DNA of 64,000 nucleotides from Longimicrobiales bacterium (GCA_965218295.1 CBDCKN010000015.1:491348-555347); one strand, 5' to 3'; positions 40,728 to 51,756 are shown, numbered from the stretch's first letter. Program-made: numbers and translations. Notes: generated from the sequence alone by a model not told the origin.

Positions 40728-42898
40728 GGGCTAGGCGCCTCCGCAGCGGGGGAGCGGAAATCCGGGTCGTACTGACCGTCTCGGCACCCAGTGAAGTCCC
40801 AAGTCCACCTTTCAGGATCCAATTTTCGGCCAGGGGCCATGGAGGGGTCGTAGATGTAGCCCTCAGCGAGGGACGCCATCGTCAGTTCCGTCACTGTGCT
40901 TGTCTCGGTGAAGGAAGAGCCCATGATGTCGAAGTGGCCCGCGCATCTATCCCAGTGGGCGTGATCGACCGTCAGCGGGATCTTCGGGGTTGTCTCCGGG
41001 AAGTCCGTTCCGCCCATCCGGTCGAATACGGCAATGGCTTCCGGGTCTGTGAAGTAGGCATGCCAGGGCTTCTCTGGGTCGGGGACCCTGAGCCACTCGA
41101 GCCACCTATAGCTCGTCCCGATTCCGAGCACGTGGGCGATCTCGTGCATCGTTACGGTGTGCAACCACCGAACGAAATCCGCTTCGTATGTCGTGTTACC
41201 CTCAAACTCCTTGAGAAGCTTCCCGTTTAGGGCGATCAGTCCCATAGGCGGCATGGGCACGTCCGACGTCCCGTGATCACCCGCCCGGTTCCTGCAAGCC
41301 CACCCCCAACGGCCCGGTAGAGTGGAGTCGTTCACCACGTACAGGTGCAGACCGGGAGCCAAGGTCTCACCGGCCTCGAACGGTTCAATCTTACCAAACT
41401 GTTTGCATGCTTCGGGCCGCGCTTCCCACGCCATCGTGTCCCACGGGCGGTCGAACCTGAACGTCCCCACTCTGGTCGGTGCTAGGATCCGACCCCACGC
41501 CGCAGCCGCGGACTCCATCCCCCGGCGAAGATTGTCGGGGACATCCCCGAGGTAGTTCACGTGGATCGGGTAGCGGAACTCTGGTGAAGGGATCGCTACG
41601 GTGACTTCGGCACTTCCACTACCCGATCCCAGCCAGCCCACGTTCCCTTGGGAGGTCGTAGCAGTGATTGTCGCTGTGCCCTCGGCGAGACCCGTCACCC
41701 TGTGAGGGTTTCCGCGCCCGCGCCCGTCCACTTGCACCACCAGCGGGTTATCCGACGACCAGCCGAAAAAGACTGGGCCGCGAATCGGCATCCCGTCCCA
41801 GCGACCCTCATAGTATACCGTATGCCCGTTGGCATCGAACGACTCCGCAGTCAACACCACGATCCCGCTGCCCCAAATCGTATCGGCCGCGGGCGACACC
41901 ACGACTTCTGCGACGGCTTGGCGTACTTCGATGTCCCACCGGTACTTGGCTACTGGACCAGACGTTGCCGTGATCCCGGTCCGGACCCGGCCTTGGCTCG
42001 TTGCGGTGTAGCGAGAGTTACTCACCGCCGTCACCAGGCCCAATGAATCCACCGTCGCCACCGAAGGATCGCCTGACTCCCAGGATGTTTTCGCTCCCAC
42101 GACGTCACGGCCGTTCTCGTTATATGGAATCGCCGTCAGCTGCCTTGTCTCACCTAACGACGACAGGACGAAGGGTCCGGTCGAGCGTGTCCCGAAGTAT
42201 GCCGGATGTGTTACGGTGATCAGCAACCGCCCGGTCACCAGACCAGCCGCCGCGGTGACTTCGGTCGAGCCAAGGGTCAACGCCTCCACCCGCCCGAAAG
42301 AGTCCACCCGGACGACTGTCGTGTCCGCGCTCGCCCATGCAAGGTCGGCTCCGGTTATGGGATGCCCGTTCTGATCCTTCACTGTCGCACGTAGGTGGAT
42401 GTCCCCTCCGGGTGCGATGCTCACACTGCCAGGCCGCGTGAAGCTCAGCGCGGTGTCCGGTTCCACTACGACCGCAGCCGGTGCCTGACGCACCGTGATA
42501 CGTGCCGGAACCTGTCAACGCCAGTGAGACACTCTTGGAAATCAATTAGAGAGCAATCTCCTGTGTAGTGAGGGATGGGGTGGGAGGATTGATCCAGACG
42601 GCCTCCGGGAGTGGTTTAGGCTTCGGCTCACCGGAGACGAAGCGCTCGGGATGAGCGGCCCATGCCTCACGGAGCACGGCCTTCCTGCAGGCGATGATCC
42701 GATCGGCGTGACCGAAGTGGACCTGTTCGGGGGTCAGCATCGAGATGCCGCCATGGCGGTGCTCGGCATTATACCAACGGAAGAACGAGCGACAGAAGGT
42801 CTTGGCTTGCCCCTGATCCCCGAACCCCTCTCTGCCAACTTACGTGAGACACGGAGCAGCTAAGGAATTAGAGTAGGGCGAAGGCAGAGAAACCGAGG

Positions 42899-43348
42899 AT
42901 GCTGAGACACCGAGAGAGAATGAAAGAGAATGGAATAGCCCCACCAACCTGGGACGGTAAGCGAAGCGCGGCAGCTCCTGCGGACTCGGAGGTGGTAGAT
43001 AGGCCGCTGCGCCGGCGGTTCGCTCCGTCGTACAAGCTGCGGATCGTCGAAGAAGCGGACCGGTGCACGGAGCCCGGAGAGGTTGGCCGACTCCTACGGC
43101 GGGAGGGCTTGTACTCGTCGCACCTGACGACATGGCGCAAGGCGGCGCATAGCGGGTCCCTGAAAGCGCTGTCGAAGAAACGAGGCCGTAAGCGCGAGCG
43201 CAATCCGCTGGAGGAGAAGGTGCGCAAGCTGGAGCGCGAGAACACTCGCCTCGAGAAGGAGCTCCAGAAGGCGCACTTGATCATCGACGTCCAGGGAAAA
43301 GTTGCAGGGCTGCTGGGATTGAGCCTCGAGGACGGGACGAACTCATGA
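42899..43348 (+). CDS. IS3 transposase OrfA
   Basis: HTH plus leucine zipper; in-frame G-GGA-AAA heptamer at 43294-43300. Confidence 0.9.
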   Translation: MLRHRERMKENGIAPPTWDGKRSAAAPADSEVVDRPLRRRFAPSYKLRIVEEADRCTEPGEVGRLLRREGLYSSHLTTWRKAAHSGSLKALSKKRGRKRERNPLEEKVRKLERENTRLEKELQKAHLIIDVQGKVAGLLGLSLEDGTNS

Positions 43349-44352
43349 AGGCGACCCAGGAGCTAGCCAAGCACGTAGGGGTGAAGCCCGCGTGCGATGC
43401 GCTCAGGGTGCCGCGAGCCACGTTCTACCGTCGTCGGAGGCCATCGACCGGGCATCAGCAGCCCCGCCCGACCCCCGCCCGGGCCTTAAGCGAGAAGGAA
43501 CGAGACAAGGTCTTCGACACGCTGTGTTCGGAGCGGTTCGTGGACCGGTCCCCAGCCGAGGTGGTGGCGACGCTGCTCGACGAGGACGTCTACCTGTGCA
43601 GCGAGCGTACGATGTATCGCGTTCTGGCTTCCCAGGTGCCGGTTCAGGAGCGTCGAGCGCAGCGGAGTCATCCCAAATACCAGAAACCCGAGTTGATGGC
43701 GAGGGGCCCGAACCAGGTCTGGTCCTGGGATATCACCCGGCTGCTGGGGCCGAAGAAGTGGAGTTACTTCTACCTCTACGTGATCCTGGACATCTTCAGC
43801 CGCTACGTCGTGGGATGGATGGTGGCGGATCGGGAGAACTCTGCCCTGGCCAGCCGGCTGATCCAGCAGAGTTGCTTGAAGCATGGCGTCCAGCCCCACC
43901 TCCTGACCCTGCATTCCGATCGAGGGGCTCCGATGACGAGCCAATGCACGGCTCAACTACTCGCCGATCTCGGCGTGACCCGCTCGTTGGGCCGACCCCA
44001 GGTCTCGGATGACAATCCGTTCTCCGAGGCTCAGTTCAAGACCTTGAAGTACCATCCCTCGTTTCCCGGCCGGTTCGGGGATCAGGGGCAAGCCAAGACC
44101 TTCTGTCGCTCGTTCTTCCGTTGGTATAATGCCGAGCACCGCCATGGCGGCATCTCGATGCTGACCCCCGAACAGGTCCACTTCGGTCACGCCGATCGGA
44201 TCATCGCCTGCAGGAAGGCCGTGCTCCGTGAGGCATGGGCCGCTCATCCCGAGCGCTTCGTCTCCGGTGAGCCGAAGCCTAAACCACTCCCGGAGGCCGT
44301 CTGGATCAATCCTCCCACCCCATCCCTCACTACACAGGAGATTGCTCTCTAA
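43345..44352 (+). CDS. IS3 transposase OrfB (DDE)
   Basis: WSWDIT, HSDRG and NPFSEAQFKTLK motifs. Confidence 0.95.
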   Translation: MKATQELAKHVGVKPACDALRVPRATFYRRRRPSTGHQQPRPTPARALSEKERDKVFDTLCSERFVDRSPAEVVATLLDEDVYLCSERTMYRVLASQVPVQERRAQRSHPKYQKPELMARGPNQVWSWDITRLLGPKKWSYFYLYVILDIFSRYVVGWMVADRENSALASRLIQQSCLKHGVQPHLLTLHSDRGAPMTSQCTAQLLADLGVTRSLGRPQVSDDNPFSEAQFKTLKYHPSFPGRFGDQGQAKTFCRSFFRWYNAEHRHGGISMLTPEQVHFGHADRIIACRKAVLREAWAAHPERFVSGEPKPKPLPEAVWINPPTPSLTTQEIAL

Positions 44353-45119
44353 TTGATTTCCAAGAGTGTCTCACTGGCGTTGACAGGTTCCGAACCGGCC
44401 GGGAAACGAGGGATGGTACTTCAAGGTCTTGAACTGAGCCTCGGAGAACGGATTGTCATCCGAGACCTGGGGTCGGCCCAACGAGCGGGTCACGCCGAGA
44501 TCGGCGAGTAGTTGAGCCGTGCATTGGCTCGTCATCGGAGCCCCTCGATCGGAATGCAGGGTCAGGAGGTGGGGCTGGACGCCATGCTTCAAGCAACTCT
44601 GCTGGATCAGCCGGCTGGCCAGGGCAGAGTTCTCCCGATCCGCCACCATCCATCCCACGACGTAGCGGCTGAAGATGTCCAGGATCACGTAGAGGTAGAA
44701 GTAACTCCACTTCTTCGGCCCCAGCAGCCGGGTGATATCCCAGGACCAGACCTGGTTCGGGCCCCTCGCCATCAACTCGGGTTTCTGGTATTTGGGATGA
44801 CTCCGCTGCGCTCGACGCTCCTGAACCGGCACCTGGGAAGCCAGAACGCGATACATCGTACGCTCGCTGCACAGGTAGACGTCCTCGTCGAGCAGCGTCG
44901 CCACCACCTCGGCTGGGGACCGGTCCACGAACCGCTCCGAACACAGCGTGTCGAAGACCTTGTCTCGTTCCTTCTCGCTTAAGGCCCGGGCGGGGGTCGG
45001 GCGGGGCTGCTGATGCCCGGTCGATGGCCTCCGACGACGGTAGAACGTGGCTCGCGGCACCCTGAGCGCATCGCACGCGGGCTTCACCCCTACGTGCTTG
45101 GCTAGCTCCTGGGTCGCCT

Positions 45120-45569
45120 TCATGAGTTCGTCCCGTCCTCGAGGCTCAATCCCAGCAGCCCTGCAACTTTTCCCTGGACGTCGATGATCAAGTGCGCCTT
45201 CTGGAGCTCCTTCTCGAGGCGAGTGTTCTCGCGCTCCAGCTTGCGCACCTTCTCCTCCAGCGGATTGCGCTCGCGCTTACGGCCTCGTTTCTTCGACAGC
45301 GCTTTCAGGGACCCGCTATGCGCCGCCTTGCGCCATGTCGTCAGGTGCGACGAGTACAAGCCCTCCCGCCGTAGGAGTCGGCCAACCTCTCCGGGCTCCG
45401 TGCACCGGTCCGCTTCTTCGACGATCCGCAGCTTGTACGACGGAGCGAACCGCCGGCGCAGCGGCCTATCTACCACCTCCGAGTCCGCAGGAGCTGCCGC
45501 GCTTCGCTTACCGTCCCAGGTTGGTGGGGCTATTCCATTCTCTTTCATTCTCTCTCGGTGTCTCAGCAT
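45120..45569 (-). CDS. IS3 transposase OrfA (copy 3)
   Basis: Same protein as 42899-43348. Confidence 0.9.
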   Translation of the reverse strand: MLRHRERMKENGIAPPTWDGKRSAAAPADSEVVDRPLRRRFAPSYKLRIVEEADRCTEPGEVGRLLRREGLYSSHLTTWRKAAHSGSLKALSKKRGRKRERNPLEEKVRKLERENTRLEKELQKAHLIIDVQGKVAGLLGLSLEDGTNS

Positions 45570-46239
45570 CCTCGGTTTCTCTGCCTTCGCCCTACTCTAA
45601 TTCCTTAGCTGCTCCGTGTCTCACGTAAGTTGGCAGAGAGGGTGCCTGCCCGTTCGCCGGGCCAGCCGTCGCGGTAATTTCGGTCGAGCCATTGCCTACC
45701 GCCGTCAGCAGGCCCGATGTGCCGACGGTCGCTACCGACGTGTTACCCGACGCCCAAGTCACGGCAGCCCTAGCCATCACGCCGGCGTGCTGATTGCGCA
45801 CCTCCACCGTCAGCTGCACGATCGCGCCCAACGCGGTCAGCTCGGCCGTGGCCGGGCTCACCGTGACCGTCGTCGGACGGGCGGGCTCTGGCGTTGGAGG
45901 CGTGGTAGGGCTCTCGCCGTCCCCGCACCCCTTGGCCAAGGCCACAACCGCTAGCACCGCCGACAGCCGGATGATGGTGCGGTGACGGCTCATGGGGATT
46001 CTTCTTCACACAAGACAGTGGCTCGTCGGTCCACGGGGTCACTCCCGAACCATCGCGAATGATTCATTATATCGAGCCCAACTTATGTGCTCTATCAGTG
46101 ATGATCCAGAACAGGTGAGTTACTTTGTTGTGAAGCTATGACAGGCGGGCAAATCCGGGACCGCTCGGGTCAAGCGAGTGGCGAACGGGGTGAGGAAAAC
46201 GCTTGCGGTCGCAGCTGGCTCCTGGCGGCTTAGGCACCA

Positions 46240-46542
46240 TGAGCCAGCCTACCCTTTGGGGCCACGCTTCGCGGGTCCCCGGCAGGGGCTGGCGGGGGGC
46301 TGTGCCCCCTCTGACCCTCCCAACGGCAACGGCACATGAGGGGCGCTGGACGCGACGTGTGGGTGAAGATCCGCGCCAGCGAGGCGGAGCGTGCCGAGTG
46401 GCACGCGAAGGCGTGCTCTGCAGGGTTGACGCTGTCGGATCTGGTGCGCCGGTCGGTGGGCCGGGTGCGCACCTGGACCGTGGCGCACGCCGCGGTGGAG
46501 CGAGAGCGCTTCCGCGGGATCCCGGCCTTGGACACCTCGTAA
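46240..46542 (+). pseudogene. Second oriT-like site and truncated mobC
   Basis: TGAGCCAG (nic-like) and GCTGTGCCCC upstream; ORF 46336-46542 (VKIRASEAERAEW..KA...RTWT...VERER) resembles the N-half of mobC at 28029. Confidence 0.65.
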
Positions 46543-46666
46543 GGCGCGCGTCCTGCCATGCCGCGACCTCGGCCGGACTAGGGTTGGACGCGGCAGTGCA
46601 TGCGACCCTAACCTTTGAAGAGGCGGAGGAGTCCCTCAGACATTCTAATTTGGAGGCGGAACCCGG

Positions 46667-46993
46667 ATGGCCTGGCCCGACGTGCTCCGGTGGCTGGCGC
46701 TGATCGTTGGTGGTGCGGCGTCCCTCATGGGGCTGGTGTGGACGCTGCGGTGCATCTTCCGACCGTGGATGCGGGAAGCGGCGCGGGAGGCGGCGGACGG
46801 CCTGTATGAAGCGGCTCCGGGGCAACGACTTCCGGCAGCCATGAAGGGGCTCGTGGACCGCATCGAGCGCGTGGACGCCAGGGGGCGGGGGGACCGGGCG
46901 GCGATGGAGGCCCGGATCGTAGACCGGGTGCGGGAGGACCGGGCGGCGATCCTGGAGGCCTTGGCCACCCCAAGGGATCGCCCGGGAGCCTAG
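46667..46993 (+). CDS. Small hypothetical membrane-anchored protein
   Basis: GGAGG RBS, N-terminal TM, coiled-coil C-terminus. Confidence 0.5.
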   Translation: MAWPDVLRWLALIVGGAASLMGLVWTLRCIFRPWMREAAREAADGLYEAAPGQRLPAAMKGLVDRIERVDARGRGDRAAMEARIVDRVREDRAAILEALATPRDRPGA

Positions 46994-47008
46994 TAGTGGA
47001 CCCTGACT

Positions 47009-47278
47009 TTGTTCGGCCGTGGAAATAAGGGCTACTTGGTCTGGTGTGTGGTGCTGCTGGGAGGCATGTTGGCGTTAGAGCCGGTTGTTCGTGTGGCTTG
47101 TGAGGCGGTTCTCGACGGCCGCACGCCGCGCCCGCTCGCGCTCGTCCGGCGGTGTGTTGGGGTGATGGAAGTACAGGGGGGGGAGCTCAGTGGAGACTCT
47201 TACTTTTGGTGGTGGATCCTCCCGATGGGGCTACTGTGGTGGGGATGGGCGTTTTGGGACTCGTGGCGGAGGCCCTGA
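47009..47278 (+). CDS. Small hypothetical membrane protein
   Basis: Two hydrophobic segments, Trp-rich C-terminus. Confidence 0.35.
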   Translation: MFGRGNKGYLVWCVVLLGGMLALEPVVRVACEAVLDGRTPRPLALVRRCVGVMEVQGGELSGDSYFWWWILPMGLLWWGWAFWDSWRRP

Positions 47279-47783
47279 GCCGCGCTATTCGCGACGTTCT
47301 CCCACCTGCGGCGGACGCTCTTCCGCGTGGAACGCTGGCCGCTCGGCTCCGAGCCTCGGTTGAACGGTTCAAGTCCGACAATATCCTGGAGACATTTAGG
47401 TCTAGCCTTAATCCACTGAATCTGCCGCACATGTTTATCCAGTCGGTCCCTAGCTTTTTCTTGAAAATGTCTGCAAATCTCCGCAACTTCAGCAGCTGTC
47501 TGGGCAAGCTGCACACGCTTACACTCGATGATTTGGATGTCTCTGCCAGGTTTCCATGCGCGATGCCAGCACGGAGATGACCTTGGCCGCCGCTGCATCA
47601 GCAAAGTTCGAGATCCGCGCCTCCTCCGACCCCGAGCGCGTACTAGTACTAGTCGACCTGGACGTGCTAGTCCGGCAACTCAACCGCGCTGCGCCGCGTT
47701 CGACTTTTGAGAAGGCATCCGTCGGTCCAAGTATGGTTGGGGAAGGCGGACCGTAGAGTTCCATCTTCGCGGGAAGGAATCTG

Positions 47784-48773
47784 ATGGTAGCAGAGCACCA
47801 GCCAAAAAAAGCCCATACCTATCTGGTAAGGTTGCAAGTACGGATCGGAAATTACCTCAATACGGATGCGGAGCGTTTGACCGCTACGGTCTGGGACCGG
47901 GAGGTGTCGATAATCTCACGGACGGGTCCGCTCTCAAAGGCTGACTGGCTCGTTATGCAAGCTCGAGGGTTTCCATCCGAAGCGGACGCGAGCGAGTTTG
48001 GCGAACGACTGCGACTGCTCGTCTTGATCGCAGGCCTCTGCTCGCATCTCGGTATCGATCCGGGCCGAGACGAAACGCGTGGGCAGTTCACGGAGGCAGG
48101 CCTTCGCGTGATGGGGTTCGAGCCCGGCTTGAGGGCGCCGCCCGAGATCCACGGAATCTCCGTCGTTCCGGACGATGGAAAGTCCGTATTCATCTACTCG
48201 AGCATGTCCGCGTCCGTGACTAGCGACCCCGCACAGCTGCTGGGCGCCGTGGAGGAACTCTCAGAGGTGGCAGAGTGCGACGCAGGCGAGTACGCCACAT
48301 CCCTAGTTCTCGCTCTACGTCTTCTCAATCTCGCGATGATGTCAGACGACCGCCGGGCGAGGATCGTACTTGCGATCTCCGCAATCGAAGGATTAATACA
48401 GTCTGAGAAGTGGAGCACTAAGCAACGGCAATGCATAGACGATACCGTTACAGCACTCCGAAGGGCAGAAGATAGCGATCTCGCTGAGATCGCTGACCGC
48501 TTGCAGGGCATACAGCGAATCAGCATTCGGCAAGGCGTAACTCGCCTCTTGGACGAAAACGGACGCCCTGACCTTAGGGTGCGATGGGATGAAATCTATG
48601 GCCAACGGAGCAAGCTGTTTCATGGCGGCGCGCAGGTCGGCCAGCATGAACTAAACCAAATCTCCCAAGCTACCGTGAAGCTCTGCGTTACGATCGTCCT
48701 GTCTATTTGCAAGAACAAAGGTATCGAGTTACCCGAAATTGCCGAAGTGCACTTTCCCGACCTTCAAGCTTGA
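47784..48773 (+). CDS. HEPN-domain protein (ApeA-like)
   Basis: AISAIEGL and IYGQRSKLFHG (Rx4H-type) motifs; AAGGA RBS. Confidence 0.72.
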   Translation: MVAEHQPKKAHTYLVRLQVRIGNYLNTDAERLTATVWDREVSIISRTGPLSKADWLVMQARGFPSEADASEFGERLRLLVLIAGLCSHLGIDPGRDETRGQFTEAGLRVMGFEPGLRAPPEIHGISVVPDDGKSVFIYSSMSASVTSDPAQLLGAVEELSEVAECDAGEYATSLVLALRLLNLAMMSDDRRARIVLAISAIEGLIQSEKWSTKQRQCIDDTVTALRRAEDSDLAEIADRLQGIQRISIRQGVTRLLDENGRPDLRVRWDEIYGQRSKLFHGGAQVGQHELNQISQATVKLCVTIVLSICKNKGIELPEIAEVHFPDLQA

Positions 48774-48899
48774 TTGCCGGATTGCCCAGAGAATTGGCGG
48801 GGGATCTATCTCCTCGAGTTCCTCCTTAACCTTCCCGCTAGTTAGTGGCTTTCGGTGCCTTTTTGTCATGGCATCCCCTTCGTTCACCATGGTTAATCG

Positions 48900-49025
48900 T
48901 CAAGTTACGCCAGAAGCGTCGCGCTTAGTTCGCCGGAAGTCTTCACGCGTCTTCGGCACACGCTTCGCGGGGCAATCGGGGTGTCGGTGCCAGAAGCAGC
49001 TGTGCACGAAGATCACCCGGCGGCG
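48900..49025 (-). pseudogene. vsr: Vsr endonuclease fragment
   Basis: Minus strand reads VIFVHSCFWHRHPDC...PKTREDF, the Vsr FVHGCFWH signature. Confidence 0.7.
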
Positions 49026-49029
49026 TGGC

Positions 49030-49530
49030 CCGCCACGAGGTCGCCCGGATCGAGCAGGCAATCCGCGACATGGACGGGCGGGTGCTCAACGAGTATGGCG
49101 ACCTGCAGGCCTGCCTCAAGCGGATCGTCGAGCTGAAGGACCTCCACCGATCCTCAAGTCCCGGCAGGATCATCCGCAGCTTCGCGACATGGCGTTCGAG
49201 ATGGCTCCCTGGAGGCGGATCTTGAGCGCGGATCGGCGAGCGCCAGTGCCGATCGGCGGGTGCACATCAGACAACGGGGTGCATGTGCACCGAGAAGCCA
49301 ATTCTCTGTGTGCGCCAGCGCTTCCGTATGTGGCTGGCTGTCTTGCAGTTGCACCACGGCCGCTGGAGCGCCGCTGCCGCTCCGGAGCATGCGGCCGTGG
49401 ACGGGAGCGACCCCCCCTTTGGGGATGCCTCGATCAGCATCGGGAAGGGTTGGCATGTGAACGCCCATGCCAACCTCCGCCGGGGGTCGCTCCCGTTCCA
49501 ATGATCCCTGGCGGGAAGGCCCTCGAGCCG
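49030..49530 (+). repeat. 3' remnant of the 14972-15907 gene plus structured element copy B
   Basis: Close similarity to ~15710-15810 onward through 16195, with compensatory stem change GATCGGC/GCCGATC. Confidence 0.85.
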
Positions 49531-49635
49531 ATGAGGGGGCCCGGTGTCGCCGAGACCGGATCGGCGCTTCTTCTCGAGTGAAGACCCTTCGTGAATCGAG
49601 CTCCACTGGCTCCGGGAAGTGCCTCGCTCCGGTGT

Positions 49636-49974
49636 CTAGGTCTTTCTCGCTGGCCCGACGACAATTCGCCCGCGACCTCGTTTGACCACATAGCCCTGAG
49701 GACGAATCCTAAGCTCCCCTTCCTGAACAAGAGCCCAGAGACTCTCAGCGATCAATTCGGCGTTCCGATCCGTCTCTTTCGTGGCTGCCTGTGAGGACAG
49801 CCACTCGACGAACGCCCGCCCCCCGATATCTTGGCCGACCGACCTGCGAAGTGCGTTCAGCTTGCGGAGTTGCCCTTTCGTGAGAGCGCTCTCGTCAATA
49901 TTCCTCGATGTCTGCCCTATAGCTCTTCCTTTCCATGGTACTGTGTGCTGAGATGATGGTTTGACATTCGTCAA
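49636..49974 (-). CDS. Small basic hypothetical protein (start uncertain)
   Basis: LTKGQLRKLNALRRSVG...GYVVKRGRGR; protein-like ORF overlapping the HNH gene stop. Confidence 0.55.
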   Translation of the reverse strand: MTNVKPSSQHTVPWKGRAIGQTSRNIDESALTKGQLRKLNALRRSVGQDIGGRAFVEWLSSQAATKETDRNAELIAESLWALVQEGELRIRPQGYVVKRGRGRIVVGPARKT

Positions 49975-50987
49975 CCTGGATGCTCTGGCTCCCTCCGATT
50001 CCTTAACTCAGAGATACAGCTATCCCCTATGTTATATAAGTGCCCCGACACACGGAGGTCGGCCGCCCGCTGTTCGGAGAGAGCGATCTGATACCGGAAA
50101 CCGCCAAACAGCAACACCTGCCCAATGACTGCATCTGTGCCAACTGCCCTTTCCACGGTGACGACGTGTACAACAGGTCGGTCTCCATCTGGGGTGTTAG
50201 GGGGCAGAGGTATCGGGAACTCATCGTCAATGTCAACCAAGTTCTCGCCGCCTTCTCCGTAGCGGATGAATCTCCTCGATACGTTGAACTGCGGGCGTAA
50301 CGCGAACTGTCCACCATTAATGTAGGCCAGGTAGTTGAATGAAATCTTTGCTACCGCCCGCCGAAGGTCCCTCGTAAACTCAGCCACTTGCACCACCGGA
50401 GCTTCGTCACCCGACTCTCCGTCTCGGACCATCTGACGCCAGTTTGGGAACGACACTCCCTGTTCTTCGAGATAGGCTCTCACTGACTCGTGATCTCTCG
50501 CATAGACCTTAATTCCGGCCTGTGGGTTCAAGTCATTACGATTTTTCCAAGTGCCCTCAGAGACTTCATCGAGCCCCATCCAGACGAACCCATCCTCCTC
50601 GCGCCGAGCAAACCCAACTTGATCGATAGGTGTCGCGCGAAATCCATTCGAGGCTTCAAGATCGGCGGTCAGACGCAGCAAGCATCCCTGGTAGTCACCT
50701 GCTCCATTGTACCGGAACGTAACGGAGTCATATTTGAACTGCTCGATCTGTTCCGACGGGCGAACATTCCAGACATATCGTTGGAACCCCTCATCGGAAC
50801 CGCGCGCCAAGGTAAGGTCGAGGTTGGCTCCAAAGTAGGTGTTGCAGCTCTCGCATACGCAGTCAGCAAGAACGAGGGCGGCGTTGAAGCTGCCGAATGC
50901 GGCGGGGACAACATGTTCCCGATTGAACTCCGCCGCAGGTTTCGGCTCAAGGCAGTAGATACACTGCAGTTGTGAGTCGCCGGGCAT
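49971..50987 (-). CDS. HNH endonuclease domain protein
   Basis: CIYC...EHVVPAAFG...VCESCN..F N-terminal HNH motif. Confidence 0.82.
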   Translation of the reverse strand: MPGDSQLQCIYCLEPKPAAEFNREHVVPAAFGSFNAALVLADCVCESCNTYFGANLDLTLARGSDEGFQRYVWNVRPSEQIEQFKYDSVTFRYNGAGDYQGCLLRLTADLEASNGFRATPIDQVGFARREEDGFVWMGLDEVSEGTWKNRNDLNPQAGIKVYARDHESVRAYLEEQGVSFPNWRQMVRDGESGDEAPVVQVAEFTRDLRRAVAKISFNYLAYINGGQFALRPQFNVSRRFIRYGEGGENLVDIDDEFPIPLPPNTPDGDRPVVHVVTVERAVGTDAVIGQVLLFGGFRYQIALSEQRAADLRVSGHLYNIGDSCISELRNRREPEHPG

Positions 50988-51326
50988 GGCTATCTGATTT
51001 ACGCGGTCTGAGGGACACTCTCCTAGCGATCATGCCGCGAAGGTACGTGAATCTCATGGACGTTGCTCGGCCGGTTCTTGATGTGATGTCCCGAACACAG
51101 GGTTTAACCTCGAGGCACGTACTCGGCCAGCAACAGTGTGGCGAGCATCGATCAACCGCCGCTCCGCGCCCTGCCTCGGTCCCGGCGTCGGATACGACCG
51201 GCATGAACGGGAGCCGCTCTCCGGAAACGCGTCGTATTCTAGACTCGTGTCAACCGCAGGGTGTTGTGGTAATTGGCTGCATCGTCAGCCCAACAAGCCG
51301 TACGCATGTGGTCCTAAACAAGGTCT

Positions 51327-51440
51327 AGGCGGCGTATCGGCGCACCGACCTGTTCGAGCGCCGGCGCCGGCGTCATGGACGACTGGCTAGCGTACTTGGC
51401 CAGCGAGAGTCGAGACCCGGAGGCCGGACCGGTCCGTTGA
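51327..51440 (+). pseudogene. P4-like integrase 3' remnant
   Basis: AAYRRTDLFERRR...DDW..YLASESRDPEAGPVR*, matching both intact integrases. Confidence 0.8.
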
Positions 51441-51464
51441 TACGCCGCGCTCCTTCGCGGCGCT

Positions 51465-51745
51465 CGACAGCCTTCCCGCAAGGGATCCATGGAACGGGAG
51501 CGACCCCGCCTGGGGCCAGGGCTGTGTGAATACACACCCGGCCCTATGCCCGCACCAGGGCGTCTCTGAGGGGGGTCGCTCCCCTCCACGTCGGTGCTGC
51601 CCAGTGCGGCACAGGCGGCCGGGTGGCAGCGACCGCAACTCCAAGCGCCCGCACGGGATAGCCGAATCCGGCGTCTGCGCATCTTCACGGGTGCCATGCG
51701 TGCATCGACCCCCAACGTCTCATGCACGCTCCAGTACGGCACAAG
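51465..51745 (-). other. Structured non-coding element, diverged copy C
   Basis: GGGAGCGACCCC (51496-51507)/GGGGTCGCTCCC (51572-51583) closing stem with different inner hairpins; GCGTGCAT/ATGCACGC stem; CATGGATCCCT..CGGGAAGG tail. Confidence 0.65.
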
Positions 51746-51756
51746 GCGTGGGCTTC

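Larger units (their letters stand above)
42826..44392 (+). mobile_element. IS3-family element, copy 2 (complete, 1567 bp)
   Basis: 3-bp DR AAC at 42823-42825 and 44393-44395; orfA and orfB intact. Confidence 0.95.
42506..45642 (-). mobile_element. IS3-family element, copy 3 (interrupted by copy 2)
   Basis: 3-bp DR TGC at 42503-42505 and 45643-45645. Span minus copy 2 and one DR equals 1567 bp. Confidence 0.93.
40676..45993 (-). pseudogene. Ig-like (Big_2) repeat lipoprotein with C-terminal HExxH metalloprotease, split by nested IS3s
   Basis: LAKGC lipobox, repeated W.S....VATV...G.VTAV Ig units, HEIAHVLG motif. Frame restored across the IS (..NGQA|RITVRQAP..). Confidence 0.85.

Noticed and set aside
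42506..45642. Palindromic assembly artefact
   Set aside because: Independent 3-bp target duplications and exact length arithmetic support real nested transposition.
47280..47764. Possible degraded HEPN gene (LRAGIAHGN) on the minus strand
   Set aside because: Multiple stop codons and too little motif evidence to call.
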